Sequence record: DRR378314_807
Reading direction: 5' to 3' (one strand)
Length of the DNA stretch: 64,000 nt
Made by a program: the position numbers and the translations under genes. Shown here one piece after another: positions 8,874 to 17,888 of this stretch. The notes beneath the pieces are model-generated. The model saw nothing but the letters and a program-made list of their open reading frames with translations. It was not told the DNA's origin and did not search any database. Positions within the stretch are counted from its first letter, which is position 1; the number at the start of each line of letters is the position of its first letter.

Positions 8874-10250
8874 TTAAGGGTTATAGAACTGGCCGCGTCG
8901 GCGCAAATAGACAAAACCGTTTAACAAGAGCCCGATAACATAGAAAACAATGAAGTCGATATAAACGGTGTCCATGTTTTGCGACTGCAAAGCCCAGGCA
9001 AAGCGCAAGGGCAAATAAACCGCACCCAGCATAGCGATAGTGCCCGCCCAAATTAACACTCTGTGAGTATAAGTTCTGGGGAAGACTTTGGTCATACTGA
9101 CAACGACTGAACCGTTCCCCAAGGCGCTGGTAAAAATCAGTCCCAGCATGCTGATGAAGAAAGGCTCAAAGTAGAGTTCAGTGGCACCATGTTGAGCAAA
9201 ATACATGTAGCGGCCAGCCAAAGCCCCGAATATCATCATCAGTAACAGACTCACTTGCGTTATCAGAGCGCCACCAAAAATAGTTGCCAGCCAACGTCCG
9301 AAAGGTCTGGCTAACAGAGCAATAAAAGGCCCCATCCAAACCAGAATTAAGGTGCTGTAACCAAACACAAATTCCAGCATCAGTGGCAATGCCATAGTAA
9401 AGCCGATAAAGCTACCAAACGTCATGTTGTACAGAATACTGCAATACCAGACGTGACCATTGTGAGCCAGCAGCTTTCTTAAAGTGACTTTGGGTAATGA
9501 CTGTTTGTGGTTTGACAATAAAGCAGCCGCGGCGCTCAAAATGGCTGTCAGGCCAAAAAGAATAGCCCAGACAAAACTGAAATTGTTTAGCAAAATAGTC
9601 TGGCCGGCCTCGATGCGAGCGAAAAAATGACCACTGCTGCGCTCGAGTATGAGAGCGGAATCTACCGCAGCTAACTGCCAGGTAGCCAGCAGAGGCACAA
9701 CCAGCTGAGCTAAAAACAGAGAGAATATCATCATGCCGATAACCAGGCTCATGGACAACGGCAAGGGGATCATAACCTTTGACTGGCGGGTTAAGTCGAA
9801 TGCAGGCGCAAACATCATGCAGCCCATGCCTGACCCCGCAGCTAAAGCAACCAATATAGGATAGCTCAGCTGCACAGCTGAAAATTGCACAAAACTGATA
9901 ATACTCATTAGCAGCATAAGAGTGGCAATAACTGTAGGCATCCATCGTCCGAGGATATTGACTAGTAAAGTTCCTAACAACTTGGACACAGCACCGCTTG
10001 CCCCAGCAATAGCGACTAATGACAGCAACTGAACCGGGCTTAAGTTAAGGTTTGATTTTGCCAGTAATACAACGATAACGCTCCAGCTTGCCCAAAATGT
10101 GACACCAAGCAATAACACACTCAGCGTTAACCCACGGGAAAGCGCGCGAGAACCGAGGTAATCACGAACATCGCTCATTGTATTCGCTTGCGAAACTTTA
10201 CCCATAACATTGCAATTCGTTGTCATATTCACAGAGTAAGGACTTTGCAA
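8874..10250 (-). CDS. divergent NarK/NNP-family MFS transporter
   Basis: About 12 TM helices; ILYNMTFGSFIGF, ARPFG, LGNGS and C-terminal YLRRRGQFYNP; located between NarX/Q and NarL/P genes. Start uncertain (10250, 10226 or later). Confidence 0.75.
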   Translation of the reverse strand: MQSPYSVNMTTNCNVMGKVSQANTMSDVRDYLGSRALSRGLTLSVLLLGVTFWASWSVIVVLLAKSNLNLSPVQLLSLVAIAGASGAVSKLLGTLLVNILGRWMPTVIATLMLLMSIISFVQFSAVQLSYPILVALAAGSGMGCMMFAPAFDLTRQSKVMIPLPLSMSLVIGMMIFSLFLAQLVVPLLATWQLAAVDSALILERSSGHFFARIEAGQTILLNNFSFVWAILFGLTAILSAAAALLSNHKQSLPKVTLRKLLAHNGHVWYCSILYNMTFGSFIGFTMALPLMLEFVFGYSTLILVWMGPFIALLARPFGRWLATIFGGALITQVSLLLMMIFGALAGRYMYFAQHGATELYFEPFFISMLGLIFTSALGNGSVVVSMTKVFPRTYTHRVLIWAGTIAMLGAVYLPLRFAWALQSQNMDTVYIDFIVFYVIGLLLNGFVYLRRRGQFYNP

Positions 10251-10314
10251 CTATGAGGGTTTGGATACAACTCACATCAAGAGTTAGTTTTAGGTTTATT
10301 ATGGAGTAAGCAGC

Positions 10315-10330
10315 TACCTCTTTTGGAGTA
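10315..10330. promoter_or_regulatory. NarL/NarP 7-2-7 site
   Basis: TACCTCT-tt-TGGAGTA in the divergent narK-like/narL-like intergenic region. Confidence 0.6.
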
Positions 10331-10426
10331 GAATTTTATTCAGAAGTGTAAGTAATGCTTGTCTGCGGTGAATTTGTGCACAAGCTATGTCAAACTAACC
10401 AGGTTAAATTTATAAGGGAGAACACT

Positions 10427-11086
10427 ATGACAACCGAAGCGGCCAGCATTATGCTCGTGGATGATCATCCACTACTGCGCAAAGGATTAAAGCAGTTGAT
10501 TGCGATGGAAGATGACATGACCGTTGTCGCAGAGGCCAGTAATGGCCCGGACGCCTTGCTGCTAGCAGTAGAGCACGACCCTGACTTAATCGTTCTGGAT
10601 TTGAACATGCAGGGTATGGATGGCATAGAAACTCTGAAGAGACTCCGCGACTCAGGAGTCACCTCGCGGATCATCATGTTAACAGTGAGTGATGCTGATG
10701 ATGATGTGGTTGCGGCAATTACCAATGGTGCTGACGGTTACCTGCTAAAAGACATGGAACCCGAACTGCTGTTGGAACAGATTCATCGCGCTGTTACCGG
10801 CAAAATGGTTTTAAGCGAAGCCATTACCGAAATACTGGCGACCGCACTGCGCCAACCAACGCAATCAACCACTTCACAATTGAGTAACTTAACCAATCGC
10901 GAGCACGAGATTTTAAGCTTAATTGCCAAAGGCATGAGTAATAAGGTCATTGCCCGCGAACTGGATATTTCAGATGGCACAGTTAAAGTACACGTAAAGC
11001 ACCTATTGAAGAAACTGGGGCTACGCTCCCGGGTTGAGGCCGCCGTATGGATGGTCAACCTACAGGGTAATAAAGCGCCTCAATAA
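10427..11086 (+). CDS. nitrate/nitrite response regulator, NarL/NarP family
   Basis: VDDHPLLRKG, LDLNM, LTVSD, GADGYLLKD, and LuxR HTH GMSNKVIARELDISDGTVKVHVK. RBS AGGGAG precedes ATG 10427. Confidence 0.92.
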   Translation: MTTEAASIMLVDDHPLLRKGLKQLIAMEDDMTVVAEASNGPDALLLAVEHDPDLIVLDLNMQGMDGIETLKRLRDSGVTSRIIMLTVSDADDDVVAAITNGADGYLLKDMEPELLLEQIHRAVTGKMVLSEAITEILATALRQPTQSTTSQLSNLTNREHEILSLIAKGMSNKVIARELDISDGTVKVHVKHLLKKLGLRSRVEAAVWMVNLQGNKAPQ

Positions 11087-11151
11087 GGACCGATAATAAT
11101 CGCCCGTAATCGCGAGGGTAATCTGCCAACACCTACCCTCGCTACCTCTCC

Positions 11152-11193
11152 TTGATTTGCGTCAAGCTGCCAATTCCCCGATTCTGCTATTCT
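11152..11193 (+). promoter_or_regulatory. FNR-dependent class II promoter of trhP-yfhL
   Basis: TTGAT-ttgc-GTCAA at 11152-11165 and -10 TATTCT at 11188-11193 (box centred near -41.5). A NarL-type heptamer TACCTCT lies at 11143-11149. Confidence 0.8.
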
Positions 11194-11223
11194 TCACCGT
11201 TAATTTGGTGATACAGGTGTTTT

Positions 11224-12522
11224 ATGTCAGCCGCAGATTTCCGTCCTGAGTTACTTTGTCCTGCCGGTAGCCCTGAAGCTATGCGTATGGCTTTTGCTTA
11301 CGGTGCAGATGCCGTTTATGCTGGCGAACCTCGCTATAGCCTGCGGGTACGCAATAACAGCTTTACCCTGGAAAACTTGGGCGAATGCATTAACGAAGCT
11401 CATCAGCAGGGAAAGCGTTTTTATGTTGTGGTCAATATTGCGCCGCACAACGCCAAGCTGGCCCGTTTTGTTGAACACATTTGCACCATTGTCGACATGA
11501 AGCCCGATGCCTTAATTGTGTCTGACCCCGGCGTGGTTATGTTGCTGCAACAGTACTTTCCCGACCAACCTCTGCACTTATCGGTCCAGGCCAACACGGT
11601 CAACTGGGCTGCACTTCTGTTCTGGCAACAACAAGGCATTGAGCGCGTTATTTTGTCGCGCGAACTGGGACTCAAAGAAATTGCTGAAATGCGCAAGCAA
11701 GTTCCTGACATGGAAGTTGAAGTATTTGTACACGGCGCACTCTGCATGGCATACTCCGGGCGCTGCCTGCTGTCTGGTTACATGAACAAGCGCGACCCAA
11801 ACCAAGGCGCCTGCACCAATGCCTGTCGCTGGGGGTATGAGGTGCATGAAGCAAAGGAAAACGCTGTGGGTCAATATGAACCGGTACTGCTTGGTGATCC
11901 GAAGCGTCCACAGGATTTAATGTTGCTGGATGAGGACATACACGGCTCCTACATCATGAACTCGAAGGATTTACGCGCGGTTGAATATGTAAAGGACTTA
12001 GTTGAGATGGGTGTGCATTCCTTAAAAATTGAAGGCCGCACTAAGTCAGACTATTACATTGCCAGAACAGCTCAGGTTTATCGGCGCGCAATTGACGACG
12101 CCGTAGCCGGTAAGCCTTTTAATAACGAGCTGCTTAGCGAACTGGAAGGTATGGCAAATCGAGGGTTTACTGCGGGCTTCTTACAACGCCATACGCCACA
12201 AGACTTGCAGAATTATGAACGCTCGCACAGCGAAGGCGAGCATATTCTGGTCGGACAACTGGCAGCAGCAACCGCCGACAACACCTTATATGAGGTTGAG
12301 GTGAAAAATGGCTTTTCTATTGGTGATGAACTGCTGCTGATGACACCCAAAGGTAATTATCCGTTTCAATTGGCCCGCATGGAGTCGCTTAAAAACGAGG
12401 CCATGATCCGCGCGCCCGGTTCCGGTTATCAAGTGAAACTGCAGACACCGGTTAGCATCGAGAAGAACGATATTCCCTTTTGTTTTCTGATAAAAGAAGC
12501 AACCGTGAGGAAAGTAGCATGA
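11224..12522 (+). CDS. trhP: U32-family tRNA 5-hydroxyuridine synthase (YegQ/TrhP)
   Basis: PELLCPAG, GADAVYAGEPRYSLRVRNN, HGALCMAYSGRCLLS, CTNACRW, MNSKDL and SLKIEGRTKS motifs. Confidence 0.88.
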   Translation: MSAADFRPELLCPAGSPEAMRMAFAYGADAVYAGEPRYSLRVRNNSFTLENLGECINEAHQQGKRFYVVVNIAPHNAKLARFVEHICTIVDMKPDALIVSDPGVVMLLQQYFPDQPLHLSVQANTVNWAALLFWQQQGIERVILSRELGLKEIAEMRKQVPDMEVEVFVHGALCMAYSGRCLLSGYMNKRDPNQGACTNACRWGYEVHEAKENAVGQYEPVLLGDPKRPQDLMLLDEDIHGSYIMNSKDLRAVEYVKDLVEMGVHSLKIEGRTKSDYYIARTAQVYRRAIDDAVAGKPFNNELLSELEGMANRGFTAGFLQRHTPQDLQNYERSHSEGEHILVGQLAAATADNTLYEVEVKNGFSIGDELLLMTPKGNYPFQLARMESLKNEAMIRAPGSGYQVKLQTPVSIEKNDIPFCFLIKEATVRKVA

Positions 12523-12716
12523 TTGTTATTAACGATGGCTGTATTAACTGCGATGTTTGCGAACCCGAGTGCCCAACCGAAGCGATTTCAATGGGCGACA
12601 GCATTTACGAGATAAATCAGGATAAGTGCGTAGAGTGTGAAGGCTATTACGATACACCGAACTGCTACGCGGTATGTCCGGTAGAGGCTGTCGATATTCT
12701 ACAAGATAAGGGGTAA
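12519..12716 (+). CDS. yfhL: 2x[4Fe-4S] ferredoxin, YfhL family
   Basis: CINCDVCEPECP and CVECEGYYDTPNCYAVCPV; ATGA overlap with the trhP stop. Confidence 0.88.
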   Translation: MIVINDGCINCDVCEPECPTEAISMGDSIYEINQDKCVECEGYYDTPNCYAVCPVEAVDILQDKG

Positions 12717-12765
12717 CTCTCATCTCTCTTTAGAGGTAGATAAATTTGCTGGAGGGTTTTGTATA

Positions 12766-13491
12766 GTGAACCAGATCAATAATTCAGCAGATGAGATGAC
12801 TATGCGTACCCCAATTCAATGTAGCCAATGCAGCATGCAATCAATTTGCGTTCCCGCCGGTTTAGTGCCAACCGATGTCGAAATTCTTGATAAATGCAGC
12901 CGCGAACCGCACCTTTTTAACAAGCGTAATGTTGTTTTTAGTGAAGGGCAAAAACTCAATTCAGTTTTCGCAATAAAAAGCGGCTCGGTGAAGTGCTACA
13001 CCATTGACAGCAATGGTAAGCAGCAAATTACCAGCTTTCATATGGTTGGCGACATTGTCGGTCTTGAGAGCTTAGCCAGCGGTTCAGCAGCTACATATTG
13101 TGAGACCATGGAAACCTCTATGCTGTGTGAAATTAGACTGAGCAAATTATTTGCGCAGGAACTTCCTAAAGTTGAAAGTAACCTTCTGCAGCTTATGAGT
13201 CGACGCTTAGCAAATTGCAGCAAACATTACTTAAACGTTGTTAATACCAGTGCTGAACAGAAAGTTGTGGCCTTTTTACTTTCAATAAGCACGCACATGC
13301 ATCAACATGGATTGTCCCGTAGTGAGTACCGATTGCCAATGACACGCACGGATATTGCTAATTATCTGGGCCTGGCTGTTGAAACTGTCAGCCGTATTTT
13401 CACTGCCCTGAAAGAACAGCAGCTGATTAACACCGAGCAATCCATTCTCACTATTAATGACTTTACGGCTCTGGAAAGCCGAGTCGCTTAG
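12766..13491 (+). CDS. fnr: O2-sensing Crp/Fnr-family regulator, FNR type
   Basis: N-terminal [10 protein letters not shown], central Cys in SMLCEI, and [22 protein letters not shown]. Confidence 0.85.
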   Translation: MNQINNSADEMTMRTPIQCSQCSMQSICVPAGLVPTDVEILDKCSREPHLFNKRNVVFSEGQKLNSVFAIKSGSVKCYTIDSNGKQQITSFHMVGDIVGLESLASGSAATYCETMETSMLCEIRLSKLFAQELPKVESNLLQLMSRRLANCSKHYLNVVNTSAEQKVVAFLLSISTHMHQHGLSRSEYRLPMTRTDIANYLGLAVETVSRIFTALKEQQLINTEQSILTINDFTALESRVA

Positions 13492-13511
13492 TACTTTTTT
13501 CAGGAGGTTAC

Positions 13512-14684
13512 ATGTCATCCGCTGGTTTCAATTGGTCCGATCCGCTCAACTGGCAAAATGCTTTGTCAGATGAAGAAAAAATGATTCAGGAAAGCGCTCA
13601 TCAGTACGCTCAGGAAAAGTTGATGCCTCGCGTACTGGAGGCCAACCGCAACGAGAACTTTGATCGCCAGATTATGAACGAACTGGGTGAGATGGGGCTA
13701 CTCGGCGCGACCTTACCGGAAGAATATGGCGGCAGCGGTGTGAACCATGTTAGCTATGGCCTTATTGCGCGAGAAATTGAACGTGTCGACAGCGGCTACC
13801 GCAGTGCTATGAGTGTGCAATCCTCTTTGGTTATGCATCCTATTTACACCTTTGGTACCGAGGCTCAGCGCAAGAAATACTTACCTAAATTAGCCAGCGG
13901 TGAATGGGTTGGGTGTTTCGGCTTAACAGAACCCGATTCCGGCTCTGACCCGGCCAGTATGCGCACCACCGCCAAGCGCACTGACAAAGGTTATGTGCTG
14001 TCTGGCTCTAAAATGTGGATAACAAACTCGCCTATTGCGGATGTGTTTGTCGTCTGGGCAAAACTCGACGGCGAAATTCGCGGTTTTGTACTGGAAAAAG
14101 GCATGAAAGGCCTGAGCGCCCCCAAAATTGACGGTAAGTTCTCGCTACGTGCGTCTATTACCGGCGAAATTGTTATGGATGGCGTTGAGGTATCTGAAGA
14201 CCACATTTTCCCGGAAGTTAAAGGCTTAAAAGGCCCGTTTAGTTGCCTGAATAAAGCGCGCTATGGCATTGCCTGGGGCTCGCTCGGCGCAGCAGAGTTC
14301 TGCTGGCACGCAGCACGACAATATACGTTAGAACGCAGTCAATTTGGTCGCCCGCTGGCAGCAAACCAGTTAATACAGAAAAAACTGGCGGACATGCAGA
14401 CCGAAATTAGCCTGGGATTATTAGGCTGCCTGCAAGCTGGGCGCGAGCTGGATAAGGGTACACTGAACCCAATAGCGATTTCTCTCATTAAGCGTAACAG
14501 CTGTGGCAAGGCGCTGGATATTGCCCGCCAGGCGCGCGATATGCACGGCGGTAACGGCATTGCCGATGAGTACCACGTTATTCGCCATGTGATGAATTTA
14601 GAAGCGGTTAATACCTACGAAGGTACACACGATATTCACGCGTTAATTCTGGGTCGTTCACAGACCGACATTCCTGCGTTTTAG
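13512..14684 (+). CDS. gcdH: glutaryl-CoA dehydrogenase
   Basis: [43 protein letters not shown] and [21 protein letters not shown] motifs. Confidence 0.92.
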   Translation: MSSAGFNWSDPLNWQNALSDEEKMIQESAHQYAQEKLMPRVLEANRNENFDRQIMNELGEMGLLGATLPEEYGGSGVNHVSYGLIAREIERVDSGYRSAMSVQSSLVMHPIYTFGTEAQRKKYLPKLASGEWVGCFGLTEPDSGSDPASMRTTAKRTDKGYVLSGSKMWITNSPIADVFVVWAKLDGEIRGFVLEKGMKGLSAPKIDGKFSLRASITGEIVMDGVEVSEDHIFPEVKGLKGPFSCLNKARYGIAWGSLGAAEFCWHAARQYTLERSQFGRPLAANQLIQKKLADMQTEISLGLLGCLQAGRELDKGTLNPIAISLIKRNSCGKALDIARQARDMHGGNGIADEYHVIRHVMNLEAVNTYEGTHDIHALILGRSQTDIPAF

Positions 14685-14698
14685 TAGCGAGGCTTACC

Positions 14699-16885
14699 AT
14701 GCGTTGCGATATTGAGGGCTGGCAACAGGACTTTATTGAGCGACTGGCGCGGGCAGACTTGCCTGCGCCGCAATCGCGGCACTCAAATTTAAACGACTCA
14801 GATCTATTCGCACTTTTTCACAGCCAGGTTCTGAGCCGCTTCATTGATATCGAATCGCGTCGCCTGCAGCGCCAGGGCAAAAGCTTTTATACCATTGGTA
14901 GCGCAGGACACGAAGGTAACGCTGCAGTTGCAGCGGCTTTACGAGTAACCGATCCGGCTTTTCTGCACTATCGCAGCGGCGCATTCTTCTTGCAGCGAGC
15001 AAAGCAGCTTGAGGGTTCGCACTCGTTATATGACCTCATGCTGTCGTTTTGTGCCTCCAGTGAAGACCCTATTTCAGGCGGTCGCCACAAGGTTTTAGGC
15101 AGCCTGGCACTGAATATACCGCCACAAACCTCGACCATAGCGTCGCACTTGCCCAAAGCCATGGGTACCGCCTACGCCATTGGGCTCAGTAAACGCTTAA
15201 AGCAAGCTGGCCAGTGGCCGGATGATGCCATTGTGCTTTGTAACTTTGGCGACGCCTCAGCAAACCACTCCACCGCCGTAGGGGCACTTAACGCCACCGG
15301 CTGGAGCGCTTATCAGGGCATGCCAATGCCTATTCTCTATGTGTGTGAAGACAACGGCATTGGTATTTCTACCTCGACTCCCAGAGGATGGACAGCTCAT
15401 CAGCTTCAGAATTACCCAGCAATACGCTACTACTATGCAGACGGCGCTAATGTCAGTGAAACTTACGCAGTAGCCCGTCAGGCAGCTGAGTATATCAGGC
15501 GTACGCGAAAGCCCGCTATTTTGCATTTGAAGACTCAGCGCTTCTTTGGTCATGCCGGTGCCGATGCAGAAGTTGCCTATCGCAGCAATGAATCGATAGA
15601 ACAAAGTTTTGAAACTGACGTGCTTTTGCAAAGTGCAGCGCAAGTTATTGAGCGAGGACTTTGTACCGGCATTCAACTCTCGGAAAAAGCACAATGCTGG
15701 TTACAGCGCATTCGTCGGGTGGGCACTGAGGCCTCTGCCCGACCCAGGCTCGAATGCGCAGAGTCGGTCATGGCTTCCATTGTGCCAAAAACTCTGGCCG
15801 ACGATACTCAGCCGCTAACCAGCACCCAGCAACAGGCGGTATTTGCGTTTGATAAGCGCAACTTTAAGAAAGCACAGCCGTTAGGCAAAATGATTAACTG
15901 GGCATTGCACGAAATATTGGCGCGATACCAGAACACCGTGGTATTTGGTGAAGATGTTGGCAAAAAAGGTGGGGTATACCATGTGACTCACCACTTATTC
16001 GATCACTTTGGCGCAAATCGTGTGGTGAATACCTTACTGGACGAGCAAAGCATTCTTGGCTTAGCCATGGGCATGGCGCAGCAAGGCTTTCTGCCCATAC
16101 CAGAAATACAGTTCCTGGCTTATGTACATAATGCCGAAGACCAAATTCGGGGCGAAGCCGCAACTCTGCCCTTTTTCTCTAATGGTCAGTACCACAACGG
16201 TATGGTCATTCGTATTGCCGGTCTGGCCTACCAGAAAGGCTTTGGCGGACATTTTCACAATGACAATTCCTTCGCCGTATTTCGTGATATTCCGGGCGTT
16301 ATTGTGATGTGCCCGTCGAATGGGCAGGACGCAGTACTCATGATGAGACAAGCGGTTCAGCTTGCTCACTGCCAAAAACGCTTAGTGATTTTTCTGGAGC
16401 CTATTGCGCTTTATATGACCCGCGACTTACTCGCAGAGGGCGATAAAGGCTGGCTGCATGAGTTTCCTTCAGCTTCCGCACCGCTGCCAGCTTTAGGCGA
16501 ACCTTCCCGTTATGGTGAAGGTAATGAGCTGGTTATTATCACCTATGGCAATGGTTATTACTTAAGCCGGCAGGCGTGTAGCGAACTCAAGCTTGAACAG
16601 CGCATTCGCATTCTGGATTTACGCTACTTAGTACCACTGGACATTGAAAAGATAGTGGCGGCCGTTGGCTCTGCGAAACACATTCTGGTTGTCGACGAAT
16701 GCCGTAACCGCGGTTCGTTAAGTGAAGAGCTGGTAACCGCTCTGTACGAACATCGGCGCGACTGGCAGCGTGTTGACCGCATTACCGCCAAAGACAGTTT
16801 TATTCCTCTGGGTTCAGCCGCTTATAAGGTTTTGCCTGGAAAAGAAGACATTCTTCAGTATTTACAGGAGCATTTAGGCCAATGA
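14699..16885 (+). CDS. ThDP-dependent 2-oxoacid dehydrogenase E1, fused alpha+beta subunits
   Basis: Alpha part: GSAGHEG, HYR and GDA...EDN ThDP motif. Beta part: VFGEDVGKKGGVY, DEQSILG, EIQF, GGHFH and IFLEP. Confidence 0.85.
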   Translation: MRCDIEGWQQDFIERLARADLPAPQSRHSNLNDSDLFALFHSQVLSRFIDIESRRLQRQGKSFYTIGSAGHEGNAAVAAALRVTDPAFLHYRSGAFFLQRAKQLEGSHSLYDLMLSFCASSEDPISGGRHKVLGSLALNIPPQTSTIASHLPKAMGTAYAIGLSKRLKQAGQWPDDAIVLCNFGDASANHSTAVGALNATGWSAYQGMPMPILYVCEDNGIGISTSTPRGWTAHQLQNYPAIRYYYADGANVSETYAVARQAAEYIRRTRKPAILHLKTQRFFGHAGADAEVAYRSNESIEQSFETDVLLQSAAQVIERGLCTGIQLSEKAQCWLQRIRRVGTEASARPRLECAESVMASIVPKTLADDTQPLTSTQQQAVFAFDKRNFKKAQPLGKMINWALHEILARYQNTVVFGEDVGKKGGVYHVTHHLFDHFGANRVVNTLLDEQSILGLAMGMAQQGFLPIPEIQFLAYVHNAEDQIRGEAATLPFFSNGQYHNGMVIRIAGLAYQKGFGGHFHNDNSFAVFRDIPGVIVMCPSNGQDAVLMMRQAVQLAHCQKRLVIFLEPIALYMTRDLLAEGDKGWLHEFPSASAPLPALGEPSRYGEGNELVIITYGNGYYLSRQACSELKLEQRIRILDLRYLVPLDIEKIVAAVGSAKHILVVDECRNRGSLSEELVTALYEHRRDWQRVDRITAKDSFIPLGSAAYKVLPGKEDILQYLQEHLGQ

Positions 16886-17883
16886 AACAAACTGCCGTTA
16901 TCGTCTGCCCCGGTCGTGGTGGTTACAACAAACCTGAATTAGGCTCTATTACTGGACGCCATTTGCCAAAGCAAAGCGATCTCATCAATCAATTAGATAA
17001 AACCCGCGAAAACGAAGGTTTTATTAGCGTCTCTGAGCTAGACCAAAAAGCAAAATTCGACCATCGCCTGCATTTAAAACCCGAGAATTCGGCGTCCCTA
17101 ATTTTTGCGGCCGGTTACGCCGACTTTAAAGCCGTTGACCCCGAGCAGTATGACATAGTGGCAGTGACCGGAAACTCCATGGGCTGGTATACCGCTCTGG
17201 CCTGTGCCGGTGTATGGCAGCCGGAAAACGCAATGTCTATTGTCACCGACATGGCAAAGCGAACTGCCGCAGCCGACGGTGCGCAGCTTATTTACCCAAT
17301 TATGAACGAGCAGTGGCAACCGGACAAAACCCGTGAAAAAGCCGTCAGTCAGATGTTAGAACAACACGCCGGTGAGCTGTTTTTGTCCATTCGTTACGGC
17401 GGGTACGTTCTGTTGGCGGGTACCCAGGATGCTGTTACTGCTGCCAGTAAAGCACTGGAGCCAGTTGATAACCGCTTCCCTATGATTTTACCCGGCCATG
17501 CGGCATTTCATTCGCCGTTAATGAAAGAAGCATCAGATCAGGCTCTTTCCGTGTGGGACAGCAGTCATTTCAGACAACCCGAACTGCCACTCATAGACGG
17601 CCGAGGTGTTATTTGGGAGCCGCCCGGCTGCCATTTGGATGCCCTGCAACGCTATACTTTTGGGCACCAGGTGACCGAGTATTACGACTACACCAAAGCC
17701 ATTACAGTTGCCTTAAGAGAGTTCGCACCGGATAAATTATTACTGCTGGGGCCTGGCAACAGCCTGGGTGGCGCCACCGGACAGAGCCTGGTGGCAGCCA
17801 ACTGGCGAAACCTTTCCAGTAAAGATGACTTTACCCAGCGACAAGAAAGTGAAGAAGCCCCGGTTATTAGCCTGGGGCTATAA
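16882..17883 (+). CDS. FabD-like (malonyl-CoA:ACP transacylase fold) acyltransferase
   Basis: CPGRG, nucleophile elbow GNSMG, AAFHSPLM and LLGPG; ATGA overlap with the E1 fusion gene. Confidence 0.8.
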   Translation: MKQTAVIVCPGRGGYNKPELGSITGRHLPKQSDLINQLDKTRENEGFISVSELDQKAKFDHRLHLKPENSASLIFAAGYADFKAVDPEQYDIVAVTGNSMGWYTALACAGVWQPENAMSIVTDMAKRTAAADGAQLIYPIMNEQWQPDKTREKAVSQMLEQHAGELFLSIRYGGYVLLAGTQDAVTAASKALEPVDNRFPMILPGHAAFHSPLMKEASDQALSVWDSSHFRQPELPLIDGRGVIWEPPGCHLDALQRYTFGHQVTEYYDYTKAITVALREFAPDKLLLLGPGNSLGGATGQSLVAANWRNLSSKDDFTQRQESEEAPVISLGL

Positions 17884-17888
17884 ATTCC

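Noticed and set aside
9412-9945. 177-aa alternative-frame ORF inside the NarK-like gene
   Set aside because: Fully nested in a continuous 458-aa MFS frame, with no recognisable motifs and no sign of a frameshift.
10267-10280. FNR half-site upstream of the NarK-like gene
   Set aside because: Only ATCAA matches; the other half is absent.
12723-12738. Possible NarL 7-2-7 site upstream of fnr (TCTCTCT-tt-AGAGGTA)
   Set aside because: The left heptamer is degenerate and low-complexity, too weak to call.
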